A DNA stretch of 63,950 nt, filler included, from Hyphochytrium catenoides (GCA_900088475.1; 12 parts of 12 records of this genome joined end to end with filler, not necessarily neighbours in it); one strand, 5' to 3'; numbered from the whole stretch's first letter, positions 12,469 through 25,850 are shown. The notes: generated from the sequence alone by a model not told the origin. Numbers and translations are program-made.

Positions 12469-13823
12469 ACGGGCAGGTTTCTCCTGTCTTCGCTGATCTG
12501 GGGGATCTTCTCTTTTCCTTTCCCCTGGAAAGGGCATTCATCTCCGAAGAGGGTAGAGTATCCGGAAAGTGTACAGAGCTAGACACTCTTCTCTCTTCAT
12601 CAGCCATAATACGGTTGATGACCTCATTTGCAGCCAGAGAGGAAGTCCCTAGGACGTATAGGTGGCTCACTATAGAGCCAAAAGGACGGAGGGAGGCTTT
12701 GGAGAATTGAAGATATTCTTTAGAGCCTCTGTCCTCTGTTTCAGGGTGGTTTCTCCTGTCTTCGCTGATCTGGGGAATCTTCTCTTTTCCTTTCCCCTGG
12801 AAAGGGCATTCATCTCCGAAGAGGGTAGAGTATCCGGAAAGTGTGCAGAGCTAGACACTCTTCTCTCTTCATCAGCCATAATACGGTTGATGACCTCATT
12901 TGCAGCCAGAGAGGAAGTCCCTAGGACGTACAGGTGGCTCACTATAGAGCCAAAGGATGGAGGGAGGCTTTGGAGAATTGAAGAGATCAGGATTTTCTCA
13001 TAAATGTACTGCTGGTTCTCTTTCTTGTTTCTCCTTTCGAAGATATTCTTTAGAGCCTCTGTCCTCTGTTTCAGGGTGGTCAGGTGGGATCTCAGAGAGG
13101 TGGTCCCTCCAGAATCAAACTCCTGCAGACGCCTGAGGACGTTGTCCCCTTCCTTTCCATCCATCTGCTCCTGCAGTTTGAGCCATCCCGCGGTCGCTGA
13201 TTCTTGCCCTTCCAGCAGCGACAGGAGCTCATTAGAACCTAGGGGAACCAGTTTGTTGATCGTCTTCCGATCATTCTTATTCCAGTTCTTCTTGCTTGTC
13301 ATGTGAAGTCCTTACTGGTGGGCGGGTCTCTTGCCATCAGCCAGCAGTGTCTGACTCTCATTCTCAACGTGACGAGGAGGTCTAACTCATCCAGGTAGCT
13401 TCGTACCCGGCTTGACCAGATAGAATTCTGGTCCTGCTGTGTAGAACAGCGATATTGTTCGGATGAACTCCGCCTTCCTTTGATGTCATTGTATGCGACA
13501 GGATCGTCACTCTAGCAGCTCAAGTGAGAAGAGGAGAAGCAACAGTCACGACCAACTGCGAGTGTGGGCCTAACATAACCTGATGAACTTTACAGAGCTG
13601 GGGTGGCAATGCCTGAAGCTTCTGTATGAGCACAATCTAGATGAAACGATAACAAAGGGACCGGGTATTGATCTATGATTGAGATTTCTCTGAATGACTG
13701 CTGAGTCCTGAGAGTCTGGTCTCGAGATCTTTGCTCGGCCCAGCTTCCCTCATCATCTCTCTCTCCTGTGCTGTTCCTGTGTTCTTCTGGAGATTCTTCT
13801 CACATCCCTCTTTTCCCATAACA
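12469..13823 (-). mobile_element. Decayed Ty1/Copia LTR retrotransposon 5' end: candidate LTR about 13581-13823, PBS 13565-13580, frameshifted gag 13489 to <12469
   Basis: Copia Gag motifs NSIWSSRVRSYLDELDL, NWNKNDRKTINKL and ILQSLPPSFGSIVSHL...EVINRIMADEERR. The minus strand reads ...ATCA|GGTTATGTTAGGCCCA, resembling the copia GGTTATGGGCCCA PBS. A TGTTA candidate LTR start lies at 13823; that boundary is uncertain. Confidence 0.75.
12476..13080. repeat. Tandem duplication inside gag (12476-12712 matches 12748-12983; 12709-12750 matches 13039-13080)
   Basis: The copies are near-identical by direct comparison. One copy lacks 59 nt between two GAAG microhomologies. Confidence 0.9.
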
Positions 13824-13998
13824 CAGGTGTACCCGTAACGTCTATGTCCCTGAGAGCTAGGTGTGTATAGAGAGTGACTACTGNNNNNNNNNNNNNNNNN
13901 NNNNNNNNNNNNNNNNNNAACGTAGTTCACCACAGGTGCAATTTGCAATCTCGCCAGGAGTCGAAACCCTGCATCCAACCCTTGACCAGAGAAGCATC

Positions 13999-14112
13999 CA
14001 ACTTCAAGTTGCACTTCAACTTCAACTTCAAGTTGCACCTCAACTTCAACTTCAAGTTGCACTTCAACTTCAACTTCAAGTTTCACCTCAACTGGAACTC
14101 AATTTCAAGTTG
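13999..14112. repeat. 24-bp minisatellite (CAACTTCAACTTCAAGTTGCACTT)-like, about 4 copies
   Basis: Visible tandem units built from CAACTT and its reverse complement AAGTTG. Confidence 0.85.
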
Positions 14113-14708
14113 AACTTCAGGACGTTTCCTTGTGTCTCAGAAATTTCTTGAAACTTTCAGGGAACTCTTGCCACTTTCCCAAAGTTTCACGAGACTTTGG
14201 AGGCGCATTTTCTTCTTTATAGAGAAAAAAAAGNNNNNNNNNNNNNNNNNNNNNNNNNNNNNNNNNNNNNNNNNNNNTTAATTAATTAANNNNNNNNNNN
14301 NNNNNNNNNNNNNNNNNNNNNNNNNNNNNNNNNATAGAGTTCTCTACACTAGAGGTCTCTCTCTCTCTCTCTCTCTCTTTATCTTTACTATTATTTCTGA
14401 TCTCTTTCTCTTTTGTTTCTCGGTAATGTGCTCTTCTTATGGCTGTCTTTCCTCCATTTCGTCGTTTCTCTCTCTCTCTCTCTCTCTCTTCTCCTCTCTC
14501 TCTCTCTCTCGCCGCGCGTTCTCTCTCTCCTTCTTCTTGTTTGCTCTCTGCTTTGTCTCTATGGCTTAAGCTCTCACGCTCCCTTGATCTTTTCACCCCC
14601 TGTCTGTTGGTTCTTCACGCTCACTTATCCTATGGCTCCTTCTCATCATAGTTTTTGTCTGTGTCTCTCTCTCTCTCTTTCCGTCCTTTGTGCCTCTCTT
14701 GACTTCAG

Positions 14709-15426
14709 GAAGCAAAGGCAGCAATCCGCGGCTTAGATGGCAGAAAAGTGGGAGGGAAGACGATGGTAGTCAGGTTCAGTCACTTAGCAGTAAGTAGCTC
14801 ACAGAAGGAAAGAACCTTTCTTTCAGCCTCTTTCATCCTTTGCCAACCTTCTCCTTCCTTGATCTCCAGGAGCAGCAAGCAAAGAAGGTTTCAGTGGCTG
14901 TGGAAGCGACAAGCGAAGCAGCTGGAACGTCAGGAGAAGGAGAAAAAAATGTCGCCGCATCAGAAGAGGAGCAGGCTGACGGCTCGAGGGAAGGAGGCAA
15001 AGAAAAAGGAAAGAAGGGGTAGGGCCAGAGCAGCGTTTTCCCTCCATGTCTCCCTCCTTCCCTATATGTTTCTCTCTTCCTCTCTATTTCTATCCGTTGA
15101 GTGCTAATTCTATCTCATTCAGCTCATTCTCTCACACTCTCTCTCTCTTTGTCTCTCTCTCTCTTTTGCGCTTTCCTTTCTCTCTTTCTTCCTACTTCGA
15201 TTAAAGTAACTCCATCGTCTTCATCTCTCTTTCGTCTCCTTCTTTTTCTCTTCGCCGCGTCGACCTCTTTTGCTCTCTTACTCTCCAAGGATGGAAGATG
15301 AGTTGTCTGCTCTGAAGCAGAAGCTGTTGATGATGGTACATATTGCTCTGGTCCTCTCCTTAATCACTTTCCTCTCTCTTGATCAAGTCCCTCCTACCCA
15401 TCCTGGTTTTCAGCTTTCAACCTTTA

Positions 15427-15485
<59 letters not shown>

Positions 15486-15758
15486 ACACACACACACACA
15501 CACACACATCTGACTCCGCCTGTTCGTCTTCCTCTCTCCGTCTTCGCCCCTCTCTCTTATCGGTAGTCCACTTTGATTCTTCTTCTTCTTGCACGTTTGT
15601 ATGGCTTAGGCTTGTGTCTCTCTTCCTTGCTTCTCAGTCTTTCTGCGGCCTGCATCGCGGCTGTATGTCCGCTGTTGAGAGCTTGACCTGACAGATGTCT
15701 CTTCTGCTGTTAGGAGCGAGATGCAAAACAGAGCCAGAAAAGAGCAAGGAGAAGATAG
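14709..15758 (+). CDS. RBM18: RRM protein, RBM18-like, 3' part; exons 14709-14789, 14870-15018, 15290-15335, 15714-15758
   Basis: The RRM end reads EAKAAIRGLDGRKVGGKTMVVRFSHLA. The C-terminal LSALKQKLLMM|E resembles RBM18 IKAIEAKLKMM. All introns are GT-AG and in phase; stop TAG. Confidence 0.65.
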
Positions 15759-16123
15759 CCTTGGGGTTGAACTAAAAGAAGCTCTCGCGAATTGGAGAGA
15801 TATAGGGAAAGGGAGACGAAAGAGAGAGACGGAAAGAGGCATTTGGGAAAAGAGAGCAAGAAGGAGAGAGAGAGAGAGAGAGAAAGAGAAGGTCATGGAC
15901 TAAAGAGGTGTGGGATATGCCAGAGGGTGGTCGAAGCCCAAATGTTGATTTATCTCTGATGTCAGNNNNNNNNNNNNNNNNNNNNNNNNNNNNNNNNNNN
16001 NNNNNNNNNNNNNNNNNNNNNNNNNNNNNNNNNNNNNNNNNNNNNNNNNNNNNNNNNNNNNNNNNNNNATACACTTTGTACATACAGACCATTCTGAGCC
16101 CTGAGGTGAAGAGCCTTCCCTCG

Positions 16124-18336
16124 TCACAGCACCAGGAGGTAATCCGCCGCTTTACCTCCTGTCACATTGTCTGTCCAGAGAGAGAAACGTGGCAATGAAG
16201 AGGAATGAGGGAAAAGAATGGAAGAGCGAGGGGAAAAGAAAGAGAACGAAATATGCCGCTTGAGGAACATGCCAATAGAGTATCGGAAAAGAACCAGGAA
16301 AAGGCCATTAAGACAGCTCGCGGAGAAGAGGAAGGGAAGTTTGGGGACTGAAGAAGGGTGTTAAGGAAAGAGGGACGGTGATCGAGGAAGTGCGATGCTA
16401 TAAAGACAACGAAGGCTCTCGTGAGAGTGAAAGGGACAGACGCAGGAGCTTACACGATTGACCGCACGTAGAGAGACACAGCGTTAGCAAGGAGAGCGAC
16501 CGAAAGAGAGAGAGAGAGAGAAAGGATTTACCGGGGGAGGGGTTGGGCCGCATTGTGACGGTGGAAAGAGTCTCTGATAACAACGCGATAGCTTCGTCCA
16601 GGGGCAGAGCGAGCACTTCCTGAGTAAGTGTGGTCTGCAGGGTTGGTTCTATAAGGACTGCAGACATTGAGAGTAATGATAAGACAGAGAAATGTGAGTA
16701 AAGAAATGCTTAGGGAAGACGACAGAAGGAATTAAAAGGTGCTGTCACTGAGGGCAATAGGTTACCAGGCTGTTGGGCTCCAAACACTGTGCTCTCCTTT
16801 CTCCTTCTCTCTCTCTCTCTCCCCCCTCTCTTTCTCTCTTTCTCTCNNNNNNNNNNNNNNNNNNNNNNNNNNNNNNNNNNNNNNNNNNNNNNNNNNNNNN
16901 NNNNNNNNNGTCTCTCTCTGGCGCTCGCATTGTCTCTGGTCCCTTGAGCGTATCCTGCTTCTCCTTGCCAGCTCTCATTCTTCAGACTGCCCGCTCTTAC
17001 GTCCCTCCAATCGTGGTCCTCTTCTCTCTTTCTTCCTTCCTGCTCTTTCACTTACCGGCTTTGTGCTCTCTTTCTTGAGGATCGTAGGCCACACAGTGCA
17101 GTAAGCCGTCGCGGATCAAGACGCGGAAGAAGAGACATTTGTCTGTCAAAGCAGAAGCCTTTCCGGCTCTCACCCTGTGCGCCCGCTGGTACAATGTCCG
17201 ATCGAGAAACAGGAGAGGAGAAGGGGAGGTGGGCAGACAAGAGAGAGAGAAGGAGCGAGAGTCAAGACTAGGAGAGAGACAGAGTGAAGTGCTTTCCATT
17301 TGACGGTTGGCTTCGTTGTCTTGATCCTCTCTTTCCTCTTCCTCTTTCTCTTCCTCTTGACTCAATCTCTTTTCTTCAACATTCTTATCTTTCTCTTCGT
17401 TCTCTCCTGCAGCTATTTTGCCTCTTTCGCTCCTCTCCTGCTTGGAGAACGGAAGGATGAGGTCGCCATAGGTGGACAGGCCCCTGTAGTCTCTTTCAGC
17501 TACGTTGTCTCCCTCTTCCTCTCCCTGCGATGAGTGCACACTTTCTTGCTGCTGCTTCTCAGCGATTGTCTCCGTTCTACTCTGTCTCTCTCTTTCTGCA
17601 ACCTCTCTCTCTCCTTTCTCTTGCATCTGAACTGCAATCACGCCATCGGGAGAGTTCTCTTCGGCACCTATGGCGCAGGCCTCCTAGTTTGGACGAAGAG
17701 AGAAAAGACAGACAGGGAGAGAGAGTAAGGGGAGAGAGAGACAAGCAGAGAGAAAGAAAAGGTAAGGCAGCAGCTGAGGAAAAGAAGAGCTACAAACAAA
17801 CAACTAGAGCTTACCTTCTCTCTCTCAGTTGATGGTACCAGGACAGGTAAAGAGAGGAAACATTCTTCTCTCTCTTTTGGTTCTCTGAAGAAGAGAGAGA
17901 GCTGGCCGGACGCGACGATATTCAGAACAAAAGTGCGGAAGAGTTTGTTCCAACTCTTTTGCCTCTGCTGTCCCGCCTCCTCTAGTCTCAGAAAAGCCTC
18001 CGTCTGTCAGGGAATCCGAAGGAAAGAAGAGAGAGATGAGAAGAGGAGAGACAAAGCAAGAGAGAGAAAGAGAGAAATAGATAAGTGAAGAACAGAGGAA
18101 ACGGAGATTGAGGGGTATAGATATAAACGCGACCAGGAAGGGCCAGGGAATGAGAAATAAACGGAAGGGAAGTGACAGGGATTGACGAAGAGAGCGACAA
18201 GAGAGAGGAAACAGAGAGAGAGAGAGAGAGAGAGCTCAGTAAAGGCCAGGATGGACGACCTCCCAAGACCCTAAACGCCAGGTAATTTGGAGATACAGGA
18301 AGTCAAAAAGCAGGCAATGCACTGAGGAACCAACAC

Positions 18337-18383
<47 letters not shown>

Positions 18384-21300
18384 TTCTCTCCCTTTCCCTC
18401 TCATTCTCTTTTCTCTCACCTACCTTCTTCTGTACCACTTCCTCTCTCCACATACAAACTCTTTCTATTCTCTCCTGTCTCGCAGCGCCTTCCGCGAGAC
18501 TTTTCTTAGCGTTCTCGATATGCTCCGCCGTTTGAGGAGTAAAAGAGGCGATCTCACGGAGGAGCTTCTGCTTCCTGTGCACAGAGTAAGAGAGTCCGTG
18601 TCATTCATACTGTGTGTGTGGATAGGTGAGAGAGAGAGAGAGAGAGGAGAGAAAGAAAGAGAAAGAGGGAGCAGTAATTGTAGGAGAGGTCTGAGCAAGG
18701 AAGGACTGGAGACACAGAGAGGTGATAAATCCGGACGGGAAACCGAAGCCACAGACCGAGAGGGAGGGAGAGAGAGGAGAGAGAGAAACAGAGAGAGTCA
18801 GAGAGAGACTTAGCCCAGAACGGAAAGAATGAGAATTGAAGAGGGGAGAAAATGGCATGAAAGGGAACATGGGGAGATGAAGAGACGGACACATAGAAAA
18901 GAGAGACAGAAGAACTGCGACCGGCAGTAAAGGTTTCGTTCTCACTTCTTCTCTCTCCTGGGCTTCCCTGCATCCACCTGCGTTGCTAAGAGAGTCTGGA
19001 GAAGGTGGTCAGAAGACCAGCGGAAGCGTGACCAAAGGTCAAAATCACGCCAGGAAAGAAGGAAAGAGAACGACGAAGAGAGAGAAGGGAGATAAAGAGA
19101 GAGAAGGACTTTCACTTCTTCGCTGTTCTTCTGAGAAGTTTCTCCTTCCTTCCTGCCGTAGCTCGATTGGGAGAGGAGAGCCTCACCTAGAAGTTCAGGT
19201 AGGAGCTTAGTCTCTTCCTCAAAAAGTTTGTTCCTTGCTCTCTCTGTGTCTCTTGTTGTCGGTCTTCCTTTTTCTCTTGATGTCTCTCTCGTTCTTCGCT
19301 TCATTACGAGTCGCACTCTCTTTCTCCTCGCTCTCCGCTTGTCCCTCTGACTCGCTAGCTTTTCTCTCTCTGTCTCTCTCTCGGTCTCTCTGTCTCTCTC
19401 TGTCTCTCGCTTCTTCCCTCTGGCCTTCAAATGCGGCTCCTACCATGAGTGGACGATCCCCGGAAATCATCGCTTTTAAGAGTTGTTGAGAGAACAAAGA
19501 AAGCGGGAACGCCCCGGAATGAACTTTTTCTCTCCTTAATATACTTCTCTTCCAGAGTTCCTTCTTTCTCTTTCTCTTCCTCCACCTCTTCCTCGCTCAT
19601 CTCGCGGAGGAGTCTCACTCCCTCGGGTCCAGGAGAGACAGCCACAGTCTGAGAATCACTGTTGAGGAGAAGCACGCCGCGATGAAAGAGAGAGAAGTCC
19701 CTGCGATGCTGTTTGCTGATTCTGGAGAGCAAAGGGAAAGAGGGAGAGGAAGGTGGAGGAAGAAGAGAGAAAGGGTACGTCCTCGTATCAACTGGAAAGT
19801 GCTTCTCTTTCATGTCCAGCGCCTTTCTTTGCAAGGATTTTTCTATAGTAGGAGGGAAATGTTGACCGAGAGATGGAAGAAGCGCTCCGTCTTCACTCCT
19901 TTGGACGGTCAACTGAACAGAGAGAGAGAGAGAGAAAGTGAAAGAGAGCAAGAGAGAGAGAGAAAAAGAAATAGAGAGGGAGGGTGGGAAAGAGACAGAT
20001 TGAGATAGTGAATAGAGGAGCAAGGAAAGAAACGTGAGGACAAAGAGAATAGAAATGAGTAAGACAGCTAGGAGAAAGAGAGAGAGAGCTAGGGAAGAAA
20101 ACATGGACCGGGCGTGGGAAAAAGGTAGTCTCTGTCTGTCTCTCTTGGGCTCTGCTTTCCCTCTGTCTCCCTGTTTCTCTCTGTCACTCTCTCCTATGGG
20201 ACTCTCCTTACTTACCCAGTCTGATAGCTCTGCCACCACTTCCTCTGAAGAAAGCTCATTGTCCTTCTGTCTCTCCCCTTCTCTCGCCCCCTGTCCCTGT
20301 ACTCGAGAGAGAGAGATCGGGCTCTTCCTCTTCGCCCTTCTCAGCTCTTTACATAGTTTTTCTATGGCTTTCTCGTTTCGAAAAGCGATGTCAAAGCTGC
20401 AGAAACAGGTAGAGGCAGGAGAGAAAGAGGTTACAAAGCGGGGAAGAAGGGTTAAGAGAGAGACAGAGAGTAGAAAGAACTAGAGAGAGCGAGCAAGGGA
20501 AAGAGAGAAGAGAGAACGAAGTAGAGAGGAAGAGACAAAGAGAGAAAGAATGATAGAGAAGCTGCATTCTGTGCCTCTCTCTTTCTTACCTGGAGGAGCT
20601 CCCTGTGTCATAAACCCGACAGATGAGCTCCTGTGGCCTGGCTGGCATGCGATAGAAAGTCAAGAGAAAAGAGAAGCCTTGGACTTTCCTGGCTACTGAC
20701 AGAACTAGTCCTCTTCGCCATGGAGGAATGCTCAACCACCTCTCTTGTTCTCTTCTTTTCTCATCCTCCTCTTTCCGTTTCCTCTCCTCTGCTTCGGCAC
20801 GTCGTTTGGCAGCCTAGAGAGGGAGAACAGCGGAAAGAGAAGTCATGACCATCTGAACTGTTTTCTCTTTCTTCCATTATACCTGCGCCTGCCTCTCTCT
20901 CCTTCCTCCTCACTCCATCTCTCTCTCTCGTCTCCTTTCTTTCTTTCTTTCTCTCTCTCTCACCCTCTTTCTCTCTCTCTCTCTTCTCTTCCTCTCTTCT
21001 CTCTCTCTCTCTAGACCCCAATATCTCTGTCTTTGCTTTACTCCTTTCCTTCTCTCGTTTTTCTTCCCTTCTCTCACTCTCTACTCTCTTCCCCTCATAG
21101 TATAGCCTCGCGCCGCCGTTCGTATCAGGCTTCGTCCTATCTCTTCTCGCCATTTCTTTTTTTTTCTCTAATTACTCTTCCTCCCTTTCTTACCCCTGTC
21201 ACTTTGACTCCTGCACTTATCCGTAGAACCCTGACACTTCCGGTCTCCGGAAGAGAGAGAGAGACTCTTTCTCCGTCCTTGTCGGGCTTTGCCTGACCTT

Positions 21301-21717
21301 CGCTCAATGAGGCGGAGAGGAAAGCTCTCTCTTCCTCTGATTTTGTCTCCCTCTTCTCCTCTGCTTCTCCATCTGCCCGTTGCGCGAACGGAGCGGGAGA
21401 GCCAAGAGACGGAGAGAGAATAGATTTCGCCTTCGTAGAGACATCGGCAACTGCAGCAGCAGAAGAGGCAGGAAGAGGACGAGAAGGAGAGAGAGAGGAA
21501 GAGGAAAGGAGGGAGAGCGGATATTCGAAGTAGAGGAGATCTATGAGATGATGCAGCATCTCTTTCTTTCTTCCGCTGTCTAAGAGAAAAGGCTGGTCCC
21601 TTAATAGCTCCTCCAGCTCCGTCATGGACAGCTGCAACTCGTAGGAGTCCGAGGAAGACGGTAGATACGCCTCCAAAGAGAGGAACCTGGACCCAATTAT
21701 GAGAAAGGTCTATTCTT

Positions 21718-21756
<39 letters not shown>

Positions 21757-22119
21757 CCGCTGCTCTCTCTCCTTTTTCTTTCTCTTTCTCCCTTTCTCTC
21801 ACACATACACTCTCTCTCTATCCACTCATACACTTCCTTCTGTCGCTCTCCCCTTTTGACCGCTTCTCTCGTCGCGCTATCTCCTTGTTGTCTCTTCCTA
21901 TGTTCTCTTTCCCTCGCCTCCTCTCTTTCGGATGTTTGTCATCTCACCCCTGCCCAACCTTCCTTTCTCCCGTGTGCCCTGTCTATCCGACTCTCTACCA
22001 TTTACCATCCCTTCCTCTCTCTCCTTCTCGCCTCTTCCAGTCTCTCTCCTTTCTCTCTTTTGTTTGCTCTCTCTCTCACACACACTCTCTCTCACACACA
22101 CACTCTCTCTCTCTCTCTC

Positions 22120-22153
<34 letters not shown>

Positions 22154-22582
22154 TCTCCCTCTCTCTTCCCTCCCCCCTTCTTAGCCCCTTCCCTGCACAC
22201 ATCTGTTCGCTTACCTCTTGCTGTAGGAAGAAGCCTCTCCCATCCTATAAACTCTTCCATGTATTCCCACGCCACTGACAGTGACCACTGCATACTCTTC
22301 CCCTATCATTTTCCCCTGGCGGAGGAAGCTCTTTCTCTTTAGAGTTTCTCCTGTTGGAAGAGAAATAGAGCGGGAGAGAGCGAGAGAGAGAGGACGACAG
22401 AAGCGAGAAGTGGGGGAGAGCTTGAGTTCTCTTGGACAATTTTGAGGGCCCGAGAACAGGGCGGGAGAGGGACGAGAGAGAGATGAGCGAAGAGAGTCTA
22501 GCCTCCAGTCCTTGTCCCTTTGCCGAATGGGCTCGGGATAGGGCCCGCCCTGGAGCTGACCACAGAGATTGAAAGCGCGCCC

Positions 22583-22617
<35 letters not shown>

Positions 22618-24450
22618 TGACCGGGAGTTAGTTGGACGAGAAAAGAGGTAAACAGTGGCGGACGATGTCAAAGAGCATTGCAGCTACATGAAGCTTTAAG
22701 GAGACCGAGTTACCCTACTGAAGCAGCAAAGACAGGCGCGCAGTGAAAAGAATAAGAGAATGTTATCTCTCTCTTCTCCTCTGTCTTTCCCACCTTGTCT
22801 CTTTCCCCTTCTATCTCTCGCTGTGTCTCTCTCTCGTCTCACTTACTCTTCTCTCATATCGCCTCGCGTTCCACCTCACCTCTTCAAACCACTCCATAGC
22901 GCCGGAGAGACAAGCCATAGACCTTCCCCCACTGTGCAGCTGATCCAGGCGCAACGGAGGAAGAAGGCGAAGCTTTCTTCGTGGAGAAGCAGAGGACGAG
23001 AGACTTCTGGGCAATTCTTCCTCTCTCTCTATCACTAGCAGCTCCTCTTTACCAAGTTCAGGTTTGCCATCGAGGGAGAGAAACAGTCTTTCTCTTTCAT
23101 AGTGCTGTTGTCGACCCTTGAGATGGACATAGGTCAGACATTTTTGGTTGGAGGCATAGAGTGGAAGTGCGGAAGAGAAAAGGAAGGAAAAAGAGAGAGA
23201 GAGAGAGAGAAAGAGAGAGTGAGAGAAACAGAAAAGTGAGAAAGAGAGGAGAGGAGAGACAGAGAGTTTGTTCTCACCTTTTGAGGAGAGTGGACACGAC
23301 CTTCAGGAAGGACTGGAAGAGAAGGTGCATTATTGCTTCGCGCTCCGGTGTCGGAGATAGAAGCAGGAGCCTTGAAGAACTTCATCCTCTTTTTCTCTCT
23401 TCTCCTTCCTTCAGCGTCAAGACTTTACCTTGACTCTCTTCTCTGCCTCTCCATCATCGGTTTCTGTCTCCTACTGCACCGCATTTCCTTCAGTGCTTGA
23501 GCTGATAGAGAATGTCTCTCGCTCTTTCTCTCAGACATGCCCTACAGGCATCGAGGACAAGGGAACTAAGGGAAGAAGGGAGGAAAGAGACAGTTGTCTT
23601 CATGATGGAGAAGGGAAAGCGAAGCAGTTGAAGAGAGAGAGACGCCAAGAGCCGGGGAGCTAGAGGAGGCTAGTAAGGGAGAGGAGGGAAAGACGAAGAA
23701 GGAAAGAAGTTAAGAGAATCTGGCGCTTTGATCCCACGAAGGCCATTCTGACTTCGTAACCTCCCAGCAGGAGCTATAGGAGAGTCAACTCTCTCTTGTT
23801 TCAAACAATGGGGCGAACCAGGAGCGACATCAGTGGGCCAAGAGAAGGGGAGCGCACTGAGAGAGAGAGAGAGAAAGAAAGAAAGAGAGAGACTGAGAAG
23901 GAAGCAGAGGTGCTAGCTAGTTAGTTAGGGAGAGTGAGAGAGAGAGATACTGGAGGGAGAGAAAGAGAGTGTGAGAGAGAGAGAGAAAGAGAGAGAGGCA
24001 GACAAAGGACGTAGAGTGTAACCAAGCACTTTAGGATTAGCGGGCAGAGGATCGGGAGGAGAGCCACTGTCTCGGTTGTTCGGTGGAGATGACTCTCCTA
24101 CGTCGAGAGATGGTGAAGGAAAGTGAAAGAGAGAGATTTCAGCTGAAGAAGCAAGGAGGAAGTGAGAGAAAGCAGCAAGTAATAGATAAAAGGGAGAAAC
24201 CTTGAAGCAGGAACTAACAAGAGAAGCTGGGCAGAGCTCCCCGATGATGAGGGAGAGATGGGAGGCAAGAACCGGTGGGCGAGAGCGAGGGAGAAAGTGC
24301 GGGAGCAGTAAGAGCGCGGGGAGGAGAGGCAGAGCAGGAGAAGAGAGAAGCAGAGTCTGGTGAGAGAGTTTTCCTAGAGTAAAAAGAGGAGAGAGAGAGA
24401 AATGGCACAGATGATGGAGCGATAACCCCAACAGCTTCACACTCCAGTAC
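16124..24450 (-). CDS. Large multi-exon hypothetical gene or genes; exon structure only partly resolved
   Basis: A series of non-repetitive, GT-AG-bounded open segments on the minus strand (e.g. ELEELLRDQPFLLD...LIDLLYFEYP, LLPELLGEALL, HRKQKLLREIASFTPQTAEHIENAKKSL, TTLTQEVLALPLDEAIALLSETL). Probable stop TGA at 16124-16126. I recognised no family and could not reconcile all phases. Confidence 0.45.
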
Positions 24451-24611
24451 TGTTTTACTGCAGGTGCCAGATGTATATATTCCCTATCAGCATGTTATTC
24501 TTGCATATTATATCTAACTGATCTTTAAGTATTCCTGATGTGGACAATCATGAAGCGGCACGAGTTGCTCTCTCTGTGTCTGTCTGTACTTCTCACTTTT
24601 CTTCCTTTCTC

Positions 24612-24646
<35 letters not shown>

Positions 24647-25322
24647 CTCTCTCTCTTTCTTTCTCTCTCTCTCTCTCTCTCTCGGCTCTCTCTCTTTTTC
24701 TACCTTTTCACGACGGTGCTTCTCTCTCTCTCTCGTCTCTCTCTTTTCGAACGCTGGTTCTTTCTCTCTCTCTCTCCTCCGTCGATGCTTCTCTCTCTCT
24801 CTCTTTCTTTTTCTCTTTACACTCTCTCTCATATTCTCTCACTCTTCTCTCTCTCGCGTTCTCCTTACTTTCCTCCTATTCGCGCTACAACTCTATAGCG
24901 TTCACTCGATCTCAAGTTGTGCTCCGTCCACACCTCGGCTTGCCCAGCTCCGTTGTCAACTAGTCATCGGACGTTGGTCATGCGCCTACTCAAGTGATAA
25001 GTTGTCCAAGAAAAGGTTTGGTTTCGATACCCTGACGCTTCCTACTGGTAGGGCCTTAAAAAAACAAGAGAATAAGACAGCTGAAGTTCGACCACATGCT
25101 AACCTTTTCGTTCTGCTTGTAGGTCACAATCCTCTTCACTATTGCCTGTGTGCAACGACGAAGACGAAGAAGCCTCAACCAGTCCGAGGGATCGAGCAAA
25201 GCAGGCTCTAGTTCATAGAGAGTACGCTGGAAGAGGATACAACTTAGAAGAAGTGCCAAGGGTGAGCCAAACAGCACCAACAAGAACTAACTCGTAAAAA
25301 CGGAGAGAGAGACAAGGAGAGA

Positions 25323-25613
25323 ATGACGACCGCAGTCACAAAGAAGACCATTGTCTTCGCCGAAGATATGACGGACGAGATGGTGGAAGAGGCAACGAAA
25401 GTGGCTGCAGATGCAGTTCAAGCGCCAGTGACCAGAGGGAAGCCCTTCACCGTTTTTGCAGAGTATATTCGCGCTCACTTTGATAAACTCTATGGAAGAG
25501 GCTGGAATTGCGTTGTGGGGACCAGCTTTGCTGCTCATGTTACTCATGAGATCAAGACCTACATCTACTTTCAAATCGAAGGCCTCTCTATACTGCTATG
25601 GAAGATGTCCTAG
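25323..25613 (+). CDS. Dynein light chain type 1 (LC8 family), intronless
   Basis: EDMTDEM...AEYIRAHFDKLYGRGWNCVVGTSFAAHVTHEIKTYIYF...ILLWK is the LC8/DLC signature; 96 aa. Confidence 0.93.
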   Translation: MTTAVTKKTIVFAEDMTDEMVEEATKVAADAVQAPVTRGKPFTVFAEYIRAHFDKLYGRGWNCVVGTSFAAHVTHEIKTYIYFQIEGLSILLWKMS

Positions 25614-25850
25614 CTTCGAGAGAGAAAGACAGAGTAGTCCATAAGCTTCAAACAAAGGATAGAGAGCTGCTGGATATCTGGATAGAGGGCCCACATAGGA
25701 AAACCTGATGAGGTAGAGCTCTAGTCAACAGCTGCCAACGTGATTATCGATGTCAATAAAGTAAGTCATCCATCTTCAATGGACCGATAAATAAATAATG
25801 AAAGACATTCTCAACAAGGAGGTCGCTATTCTTCTTCTTCCCGCATGCGT

